A stretch of DNA of 64,000 bases from Dehalococcoidia bacterium (GTDB taxonomy: Bacteria > Chloroflexota > Dehalococcoidia > Lucifugimonadales > UBA3495), in the NCBI GenBank assembly GCA_045562555.1, contig JBJKVO010000015.1, positions 590,198 to 654,197 on the forward strand, given 5' to 3'. Positions 56,992-64,000 of this stretch are shown here, piece after piece. A program made the translations under genes and the position numbers. Numbering within the stretch: position 1 is the first letter of the stretch; each line of letters starts with the position of its first letter. Under the pieces are notes generated by a model. It searched no databases and was not told the origin of the DNA. It saw nothing but the letters and a program-made list of their open reading frames with translations.

Positions 56992-57810
56992 ATGGATTTC
57001 GGATTGAAAGGCAAGAGAGCATTTGTTGCTGGAGGTGGTAGAGGCATAGGTAAGGCTATTGCGATTGAATTGGCAAAAGAAGGAGTAGATTTAGTGATAG
57101 CGTCCAGAAGTATAGATCAGTTAGAACAGACTGCTAATGAAATCAACGCCATCTCAGAAGTGAAAGTATTTCCACTTTCGGTAGACGTTACAATTACGGA
57201 GCAGGTTAATGATGCATTTAGGAAGACAGAAGAATTGCTAGGTGGACTAGATATATTAGTGAATAGTGCTTCTCTGCCGGGTGGATCTCCTTCAGCTGTG
57301 GGATATATTGAAGCAGTAGATGAACAGGAATTGATGAACGATTTTGATGTCAAATTTGTAGGGGCACTTAGATGCAGCAGAGCTGCTATACCTTTGCTCA
57401 AGAAACAAGAATGGGGAAGGATAATTAATATCAGTGGAGCTAATGCTAGAAATGCAGGTAATTTAAGTGGTGGTGCTAGGAACGTTTCGCTAGTCCATAT
57501 GACTAAAACACTGTCGACTCAGCTTGGTAGATATGGTATTACTGTGAATTGTATTCATCCTGGTACCACTAGAACTGAGCGTACAGATGATTTGTATAGT
57601 GCAAGAGGAGAAGAACATGGACTTACTTCGGCTGAAATGGAAGCCAAAGAATTTGAATTCGGTTCGCGATCAGGGAATGCTATATGCAGAATGGTAGATG
57701 CTTCTGAAATTGCATATTTAACAGCATTTCTGGCTTCAAATAAGTCTTGGTCAGTTACTGGAGAAGTGATCACTGCAACAGGAGGATCGGGGAACGCTGT
57801 ATATTATTAG
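56992..57810 (+). CDS. Short-chain dehydrogenase/reductase family oxidoreductase
   Basis: VAGGGRGIGKAIA cofactor motif, NSAS, HPGTTRTER. GGAGG RBS upstream. Confidence 0.8.
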   Translation: MDFGLKGKRAFVAGGGRGIGKAIAIELAKEGVDLVIASRSIDQLEQTANEINAISEVKVFPLSVDVTITEQVNDAFRKTEELLGGLDILVNSASLPGGSPSAVGYIEAVDEQELMNDFDVKFVGALRCSRAAIPLLKKQEWGRIINISGANARNAGNLSGGARNVSLVHMTKTLSTQLGRYGITVNCIHPGTTRTERTDDLYSARGEEHGLTSAEMEAKEFEFGSRSGNAICRMVDASEIAYLTAFLASNKSWSVTGEVITATGGSGNAVYY

Positions 57811-58685
57811 GGTGTGTACATTGTGTGATTCCGAGTTGCTAAAAGCATAGGAATAATGAATCCAAGAAAAATGAAAGCTATTCCTAAAATGACGTCAGTT
57901 GTCATATGAATCTCAGTGGATAAATATAGCTGATTGGAAGTATTCCAGGGCCATAAGGAAGGAGTACTTCCCAGCATCAATCCGATCATAAGTCCCGAAA
58001 AACTGTTTGGGCTTTTTCGATACATAGAAGAGATTCCCCGAGACATAGTTGTGATACTTAATATAGCTCCTATAATCAGGCAAAATATTAAAAGTATATC
58101 CATATTAGTTATGGCGGCAATGATTTCGGTGTATATTCCCATTGTCACTAATATCAAACTGCCTGAAATGCCAGGCAGTATCATAAAACAACCAGCTATG
58201 ATTCCTGCAATAACAAATGTTAAGTAAGATACTGTGAAATTTGGCGGCATCACGAATTGGATTATCATTACTCCTAGCGCACCCAACATCGCAGTGATTA
58301 TTGTCGCAAAATTAGGGCGCTGAATATGTTTAGCAAGTAAAAATGAAGTACCGCATATTAATCCTAGAAGACTAGCATAAAGTGGTGTGGAATATGTGGA
58401 TAGTAATACTGATACCAAATGAGACATTATAAATATGCCTATTGGAATACCAATAAGAATTGGTATTAATATTTTTCCATTAATATGTTTAATAGCAATT
58501 CTGAATTTCAGCTTTACTATTAACATGAGAAATTTATGATCAATAGATCTTATAGACTTAATCAAATCTGTGTAAACACCGGTCATTAATGCGACTGAAC
58601 TGCCTGATATACCAGGGATAATATCAGCAAACCCAATGAGGATGCCTTTGGTAAATAGTACTAAGTACGTCCTTGAAAATATCAC
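57807..58685 (-). CDS. DUF368 family membrane protein (family recently linked to undecaprenyl-phosphate recycling)
   Basis: Duplicated IPGISGS motif (GFADIIPGISGSSVAL and ILPGISGSLIL), about 8 TM segments. Confidence 0.75.
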   Translation of the reverse strand: MIFSRTYLVLFTKGILIGFADIIPGISGSSVALMTGVYTDLIKSIRSIDHKFLMLIVKLKFRIAIKHINGKILIPILIGIPIGIFIMSHLVSVLLSTYSTPLYASLLGLICGTSFLLAKHIQRPNFATIITAMLGALGVMIIQFVMPPNFTVSYLTFVIAGIIAGCFMILPGISGSLILVTMGIYTEIIAAITNMDILLIFCLIIGAILSITTMSRGISSMYRKSPNSFSGLMIGLMLGSTPSLWPWNTSNQLYLSTEIHMTTDVILGIAFIFLGFIIPMLLATRNHTMYTP

Positions 58686-58709
58686 TAATCTAACCCTTGA
58701 TACGTTTGT

Positions 58710-58910
58710 TTATATTTCATTGATAAAATAATCTAATTTATATACTTCATCGAATTCCGGTATTTCTGGAGACTCTGGAGATTGTTTTCTAAAGTCTTCC
58801 CATTTGAATAGAGATTTTTTCCTTCCCTTGCAATCGTCATATATACATGAATCAGGGTCCTCCTGAGGGAATGCTCTTTCGCAGCTTGAACACCAATAAT
58901 AGGTTGTCAT
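58710..58910 (-). CDS. Small Cys-rich (zinc-ribbon-like) protein, 66 aa; paralog of the N-terminal part of 59783-60268
   Basis: The start at 58910 (MTTYYWCSSCERAF...CIYDDC) has a GGGAGG RBS 8 nt upstream. The ORF-track start at 58973 overlaps the upstream gene and lacks an RBS. Confidence 0.5.
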   Translation of the reverse strand: MTTYYWCSSCERAFPQEDPDSCIYDDCKGRKKSLFKWEDFRKQSPESPEIPEFDEVYKLDYFINEI

Positions 58911-58926
58911 GAATAATCCTCCCTGT

Positions 58927-59322
58927 TTAAATTGGAGCGAAGCTAGATCTAGCTTGAACTCCCCACTTACCATCGCGCTGATTCACAATCCATAAAGATT
59001 GCTGTGATGTTATCAGTTCATTATGCTCCGTATATCGTGACCATTGTATAAATATGTGCGCCTTGGTTTCACTGGCATGTATTGGTTTAGTCCAGTCAAG
59101 GATTGTATGATGCCACTGTTCTCCTGCTCTTGCACGAAAATCAGACAAATATTCGTTTTCAAGCTCTTGGCGTGAATTGTAGATCAATATGTCTGCTTCA
59201 GAAATTCTAATGTGAGGAATATGAAATAGATCTAATAACCCTTGTTCATTCCCTTCATTCAACATTTTTATGTTTTTAGTTATGATTTCTATCGCAATTT
59301 GGGCAGTCGTGTCATTTATCAT
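58927..59322 (-). CDS. Hypothetical 131-aa protein, NTF2/SnoaL-like by pattern; tandem paralog 1
   Basis: Collinear with 59338-59733 (shared AG(D/E)QWHHT(I/V)(L/I)DWT(K/Q)PIHASETKAHIF, LWI(V/I)NQR(D/N)G.W..Q.RSSF). Confidence 0.45.
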   Translation of the reverse strand: MINDTTAQIAIEIITKNIKMLNEGNEQGLLDLFHIPHIRISEADILIYNSRQELENEYLSDFRARAGEQWHHTILDWTKPIHASETKAHIFIQWSRYTEHNELITSQQSLWIVNQRDGKWGVQARSSFAPI

Positions 59323-59337
59323 ATATATCCTTAATGG

Positions 59338-59733
59338 TTAATTTGTATTGAAGCTAGAACGTCCTTGAGCAGCCCATATCCCATTTCGTTGGTTTATTAT
59401 CCAAAGTGCTCGTTCACAGGTAAGCAATTGGTCATCTGCGCTATATCTTGAGAACTGCATAAATATGTGTGCCTTGGTTTCACTAGCATGTATTGGTTGA
59501 GTCCAATCAATCACAGTGTGATGCCACTGATCCCCTGCGCGTCTATAGAAATCGCTCCAATAGTTATTTTCAAGTTCTTTTACAGTCCTGTAAATTAACG
59601 TCTCGGATTCGGAAATGATTACATGAGGAGCGTGGAAGGTGGAAAGTAATTCTTGTGTATTTCGTTGGTTAAGCATATGAATACTTTTAGTGATTACTTC
59701 GATTCCAATTCGTGCGGTTTTTTCATTAATCAT
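59338..59733 (-). CDS. Hypothetical 131-aa protein, NTF2/SnoaL-like by pattern; tandem paralog 2
   Basis: See 58927-59322. Confidence 0.45.
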   Translation of the reverse strand: MINEKTARIGIEVITKSIHMLNQRNTQELLSTFHAPHVIISESETLIYRTVKELENNYWSDFYRRAGDQWHHTVIDWTQPIHASETKAHIFMQFSRYSADDQLLTCERALWIINQRNGIWAAQGRSSFNTN

Positions 59734-59782
59734 GTGTTGTCCTTCTGGAACAGAATAGCATTTGGGTTTCTGAAAAACTACT

Positions 59783-60268
59783 TCATGATCCTTTTAACAT
59801 GTGTCGGATTTCTTGTCTAATTTGAAGAGCGGATTTTACTTGAAATTGGTCGTCGTAAAAATTCCCTCCTTTCACAATAAACATACGGAAGAACTTGCCG
59901 AAAGAAAGAGATGATCCTTCTTCAAAGCTGTCTTCGTCATACATAGTGTCCTTGTCCTCTACAGATTGGGGATCATAAATATGATCTTTACTAGGCACAT
60001 CCGGCCATTCGGATACATCACATATTGTGGAACTTGTAATGTAGTTTCTATATGCAATCCAATAGCACCAAGATGCTAATGAATCTGTACAATCATTGTA
60101 TGGGCACTCTGTTCGATTGGGTTTAGTAGGAGATTGCACTTGGTCTTCTATGTGGGACTTATATCGGAACAGGTCATACTTTGTTTCTTGGAGTTCATTA
60201 ATGTCTGATATGGGTAATACAATTTTAAATGCTCTGAAGCATCCCATGCAGAAAATCCAAACTTTCAT
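59783..60268 (-). CDS. Cys-rich hypothetical protein (161 aa) with CxxCxRAF...CxYxDC motif
   Basis: CMGCFRAF ... CPYNDC ... SEWPDVPSKDHIYDP parallels CSSCERAF ... CIYDDC ... FKWEDF..SPEIPEFDEVY in 58710-58910. The start overlaps the trhO stop by 4 nt. Confidence 0.45.
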   Translation of the reverse strand: MKVWIFCMGCFRAFKIVLPISDINELQETKYDLFRYKSHIEDQVQSPTKPNRTECPYNDCTDSLASWCYWIAYRNYITSSTICDVSEWPDVPSKDHIYDPQSVEDKDTMYDEDSFEEGSSLSFGKFFRMFIVKGGNFYDDQFQVKSALQIRQEIRHMLKGS

Positions 60269-61209
60269 TTCAATTTCCTATAGTCGTCTGTTGTGAATTC
60301 TGTGAAGGTTGTGATTTCTCCTTTAATATTACCTCGTTTAATCTGTCTAGATCTGTCACGAGAACCTCTTATTTTTCTTTCAGTTAATTTAGGGAAACAC
60401 GCTTCACAGGAAACTCCTTCCTCATAATATTCAGAGTCTTTATCTCTTTCGGATATAGGCTCTCTGCACCCGTTACATAAATCATAACTTCCTGGAGCGA
60501 GGTCATGGTTTACAGATACTCTATTATCAAATACGAAGCACTCCCCTTTCCAACTACTTGATGAAGGATGTATTGATTCTAAATAATTTAAGATTCCCCC
60601 GTTTAGTTGATATACTTCTTGATGGCCTAGAGAATTTAAATACATAGATGCTTTTTCGCACCGAATCCCTCCGGTGCAGTACATTGCTATTTTTTTGCCT
60701 GTGTATTCGGAGATTGTCGAATCAATAAATTCTTTAAATTCTGTGAAAGAGTCTGTGTGAGGGTCGATTGAGTTTTGGAATGAGCCAATTCTGGTTTCAT
60801 ATTGATTCCGGACATCTAATATGACTACGTTGTCCGACTTTATTAGATCGTCCCAGTCATTGGGTGCAAGAGAATTTCCGCCAACAACCATTGGATTAAT
60901 CGATTTGCCATAGAAGGTTATAATCTCTTTTTTAACCTTAACTTTCAGACGATAAAAAGGCATAATTTTAGAATGAGATATTTTGACGTTATTATTTAAA
61001 AAACCATGTTTGGATATGAATTCAAGGAAAAGATCTATATCTTTAATTAATCCACATAACGTTCCATTAATACCCTCTGGTGCAAGGATCACTGTTCCTC
61101 TAATCAGTGAATTTGCACAGAATGATTTGATTAATCCTCGTAAAATGCGAGGAGATTCAATATTTTTGAATTCATAGAATGCTGCTATTTTGAATTTGTT
61201 TTCGTTCAT
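60265..61209 (-). CDS. trhO: Rhodanese-domain protein of the UPF0176/YceA family (tRNA U34 hydroxylase TrhO)
   Basis: FYEF, APEGINGT, DVRN.YE...G.F, active-site loop MYCTGGIRCEKAS, C-terminal Cys cluster CNGC...C..C. Confidence 0.8.
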   Translation of the reverse strand: MNENKFKIAAFYEFKNIESPRILRGLIKSFCANSLIRGTVILAPEGINGTLCGLIKDIDLFLEFISKHGFLNNNVKISHSKIMPFYRLKVKVKKEIITFYGKSINPMVVGGNSLAPNDWDDLIKSDNVVILDVRNQYETRIGSFQNSIDPHTDSFTEFKEFIDSTISEYTGKKIAMYCTGGIRCEKASMYLNSLGHQEVYQLNGGILNYLESIHPSSSSWKGECFVFDNRVSVNHDLAPGSYDLCNGCREPISERDKDSEYYEEGVSCEACFPKLTERKIRGSRDRSRQIKRGNIKGEITTFTEFTTDDYRKLK

Positions 61210-61404
61210 ATGGGGCTACACAGTATTAGTATTATTATTATTTGATTGGAATTATACAAAGTCATGCCATTATTTTGTAGTCTCCAATAAGCTTTATAGA
61301 GGAAGATAGTAGCGATTGATTTTTAGAATTTGTAGATTACAATTGTCCCAGACTATAGGTTCCGTATTGGAACCCTTGAATTTCTACTAAATATTGAGGG
61401 ATCT

Positions 61405-63546
61405 ATGAATTATTGGACAGATGACCAACTTGAATCCATTCACCTGATGCTAAACCCTAAATCTATGGCCATAGTAGGTGCTACACCCAGAATGCAATAC
61501 GGAGGGCGATTTCTTAACGCTGCTTTGCGAGGGAAGGACAAAGTAAATATATATCCCGTCAACCCTAAATATGATGAAATACAAGGTTTGAAATCATATC
61601 CCAGTGTAACAGATTTGCCAGAGACACCAGATGTAGTGGGTATAGTAATACCCTATAACAATGTATTAAATGTTCTTAAAGAAAGTCATGCTAAAGGTAC
61701 CAGAGCTGCTGTTGTTATTTCTGCCGGATTCTCTGAAAGAGGAGAGGAAGATAGGGCTGATTTACAGTCTGAATTAACCGAATTTTGCAGAGAATCTGGG
61801 TTACGTATGTCTGGCCCCAATTGTCTTGGCCTAGCTAATATCAAGGATGGTATTTGGGCTAGTTCATCATCTAGGGGGGTAGCTGGATTAAGCGGAAATA
61901 TAGGTTTAATTTGCCAAAGTGGAGCTTCTGCCTTCGGACCATTCCTAGTCAGAGCGGTGGACGAAAAAATCGGGTTTAGTTATATCATTTCCACAGGGAA
62001 TGAAGCAGACCTTGATTTCTGCGATTTTGCTAGATATCTAATTGATGATGATAGTACAGATGTTATTGCAGGATTTGTAGAAGGCTTTAAAGATGGCAAG
62101 AAATTTTTGGAAGTAGCAAAATTGGCGTTAAAAAAACGCAAGCCGATTATACTCATAAAAATAGGCAAATCTCAATTTGGAACGAAGGCAGCTAAATCGC
62201 ATACAGCTGCATTGACAGGTGAGGACGAAAACTATGAGGCTGCATTTTCTCAATATGGGGTCATACGAGTACAGGATTATGATGACTTATTGCAGATTTC
62301 TAATTTGTTTGCGCAAACAGGGAAACTAAACAGTGAAGGAATATCAGTGGTTTCCCATTCTGGAGGCATAAGTTCATTAACTGCTGATATGTTAGGTCAG
62401 GCAGGATTGGATTTACCCGAATTGGAGCCAGAATCCAGAGATGGTATTAATGAAATATTGCAAGGGAGGGGTTGGGCATCAAACCCTTCTGATGTGACAG
62501 GGTTTGCAAACAGTGAATCTTTCCCGAGCATAATGGATAATATGATATCTGGTGATAATATGGGTTGTTTGGTAGTAGCAAGCGCTGGAGGCGAACAACA
62601 AATCAATCAAGTGATAGAAGCTCGTAATAGGTATAAGTCTGGTCCTTCACAGAGTCAGAAGCAACTTGTTTATTTGTGGACTGGAAGTAGGATTGAAGAA
62701 TCCACTCTACAGAATCTTCAGGAAGCTAAGATACCTCTATTTTATACCCCAGATAAATTGGGCTATGCTTTAAAGCATTTAATAGACTACCACAAGAGAG
62801 CAGATTATATGGAACGTACTAGTGGTGACAGGGTATACAAACTGGATGAGTCGCGTTCTAAATCTATAGAGCATTTGAAATCTTTGTCAGGTACCCAACT
62901 TTCGGAAAATGATTCAAAGTCCCTAATAGAAGACTGGGGTGCAATAACTCCGAAACGAATCTTAATTCAAACAACCGAGGAAGCAGTCAATGCAGCAAAT
63001 GATATTGGATTTCCTGTGGTAATGAAAATTGATTCAAGTGAGATATTGCACAAGACTGAAGCTGGGGTTGTACGAGTTAATGTGAAGAGTGAAGATGAAG
63101 TGAGAACGGTATTCAAAGATATTATGGATTCTGCCAGTGATATAACAGACACCTTGAACATAAATGGAGTGTTAATAGAAGAAATGATCACCGGGGGTGT
63201 AGAGGTGATGGCAGGATTGACGATTGATGAGCAATTGGGTCCTGTAATCCTGTTTGGTTCCGGTGGTACCAGCGTTGAGGTATATAAAGACGTTACTAGA
63301 CGGATTTGTCCAATATCAATACAAGATGCCAAGGAAATGATTGATGAAGTGAATGCGTCAATATTGCTCAAAGGGTTCAGAGGATCTAGGGAAAAAGATA
63401 TAGATGCTTTGGCTGATTTGTTGGTTAACCTGTCACAATTAGGAGCGTCTTTGAGTGATACTGTTAAAGAATTGGACTTGAATCCAATTATGGTTCTCGA
63501 TAAAGGTAAAGGTGTCAGAACAGTGGACGCTTTAGTGATTTTGTAA
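61405..63546 (+). CDS. ADP-forming acetyl/acyl-CoA synthetase (fused CoA-binding, CoA-ligase and ATP-grasp domains)
   Basis: PKSMAIVGAT, GPNCLG, SQSGA, TGNEAD, KSHTAALTG (phospho-His region), C-terminal ATP-grasp (PVVMKIDS.EILHKTEAGVV). Confidence 0.8.
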   Translation: MNYWTDDQLESIHLMLNPKSMAIVGATPRMQYGGRFLNAALRGKDKVNIYPVNPKYDEIQGLKSYPSVTDLPETPDVVGIVIPYNNVLNVLKESHAKGTRAAVVISAGFSERGEEDRADLQSELTEFCRESGLRMSGPNCLGLANIKDGIWASSSSRGVAGLSGNIGLICQSGASAFGPFLVRAVDEKIGFSYIISTGNEADLDFCDFARYLIDDDSTDVIAGFVEGFKDGKKFLEVAKLALKKRKPIILIKIGKSQFGTKAAKSHTAALTGEDENYEAAFSQYGVIRVQDYDDLLQISNLFAQTGKLNSEGISVVSHSGGISSLTADMLGQAGLDLPELEPESRDGINEILQGRGWASNPSDVTGFANSESFPSIMDNMISGDNMGCLVVASAGGEQQINQVIEARNRYKSGPSQSQKQLVYLWTGSRIEESTLQNLQEAKIPLFYTPDKLGYALKHLIDYHKRADYMERTSGDRVYKLDESRSKSIEHLKSLSGTQLSENDSKSLIEDWGAITPKRILIQTTEEAVNAANDIGFPVVMKIDSSEILHKTEAGVVRVNVKSEDEVRTVFKDIMDSASDITDTLNINGVLIEEMITGGVEVMAGLTIDEQLGPVILFGSGGTSVEVYKDVTRRICPISIQDAKEMIDEVNASILLKGFRGSREKDIDALADLLVNLSQLGASLSDTVKELDLNPIMVLDKGKGVRTVDALVIL

Positions 63547-63563
63547 TTGATCAGTAAAGGATA

Positions 63564-63734
63564 ATGTGCAAAGAAAGATCGTTAAATAAATCTTATTGGT
63601 TGCGAACCCCCCAAAATCTCCAGAGATGGGAAGATAGAGGAGGCACTTGGATTAAATCTGATGGGACCAAGAAGACTGAACTTGAAGTTGCAGAAGAGAT
63701 CAGGAGAATGGTTGAAATTGATCCATTTGTTTAG
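63564..63734 (+). CDS. Small hypothetical ORF (56 aa, below the ORF-track cutoff)
   Basis: AAAGGA 3-8 nt upstream of the ATG. MCKERSLNKSYWLRTPQNLQRWEDRGG... No family recognised. Confidence 0.2.
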   Translation: MCKERSLNKSYWLRTPQNLQRWEDRGGTWIKSDGTKKTELEVAEEIRRMVEIDPFV

Positions 63735-63882
63735 AAGAAATTAAGCTAGACAAATATTCTAAATCCGAACAGGAATAGAATGAACATGGTTGATAATAGA
63801 ATTCCTATGATGAAGCAGCCTATACGCAAGTGAGCCTCTCTTTTGTTTTGTATACCAATATTTTAATATAAATTGAAGTACA

Positions 63883-64000
63883 ATGTTTAATATGAACCAT
63901 CAAATCAATCCTAGGTTCGCTGTGTTTCTGTCAACTCTCTTTTGGGGAACCTACTGGATTCCTGTTAGGCAGATTGAGGCTCTGAGTGGATCTCCATATT
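63883..64000 (+). CDS. Probable EamA/DMT-family transporter, N-terminal fragment (runs off the window)
   Basis: MFNMNHQINPRFAVFLSTLFWGTYWIPVRQIE... resembles the first TM segment of EamA-type permeases. Confidence 0.35.
   Translation, partial: MFNMNHQINPRFAVFLSTLFWGTYWIPVRQIEALSGSPY

Noticed and set aside
63735-63880. 27-codon hydrophobic minus-strand mini-ORF (LRIGCFIIGILLSTMFILFLFGFRIFV, TTG start after AGAGAGG)
   Set aside because: It is too short, has a non-ATG start, and cannot be distinguished from chance in an AT-rich spacer.

Overview
This is an AT-rich (by eye about 40% GC), densely coding bacterial chromosomal segment with no rRNA, CRISPR array, transposase or prophage genes. Most of it is housekeeping: glmS (3' part), thrB-lysC, folB, polA, thiE, modABC, dnaN, hisS-hisF-hisIE, argS, nudC, trhO and one tRNA-Asp(GTC). 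These genes are mixed with catabolic and transport genes: hydantoinase/oxoprolinase A+B, two tandem acyl-CoA-dehydrogenase-fold flavoproteins, an ArsM-like methyltransferase, a family III CoA-transferase, an ADP-forming acyl-CoA synthetase, two SDRs, three MFS transporters and an ABC exporter pair. The DUF3090/SCO1664 gene pair plus this catabolic repertoire suggests a marine Chloroflexota (SAR202-like) or actinobacteria-related organism, but that is inference only. Two things stand out. (1) At 8.1-13.8 kb there is a promoter, a lipoprotein gene, a giant ORF and a terminator. The 1385-aa ORF encodes a signal-anchored, extremely acidic protein made almost entirely of Met/Asp/Gly/Ala repeats. 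A Met/Asp/Gly (MDMGG/DMGG/MGADMGG) tract is followed by about 20-aa/60-aa helical-looking repeats with about 22% Met. I recognise no family for it, and its 3' end is frame-broken. (2) A DUF3179-family exported protein (39379-40713) is interrupted by a single in-frame TGA exactly where the family's CPLC motif has its first Cys. A 7-bp hairpin with a GGUGU loop begins 13 nt downstream of the TGA. This makes it a candidate selenoprotein with a U-P-L-C redox motif. Further points are a local cluster of frame-disrupted genes (13.05-15.0 kb), a duplicated Zn-ribbon/NTF2-like module downstream of trhO, and tandem DUF1059-like mini-proteins. All calls come from reading the translations and the DNA by eye; no database search was run.
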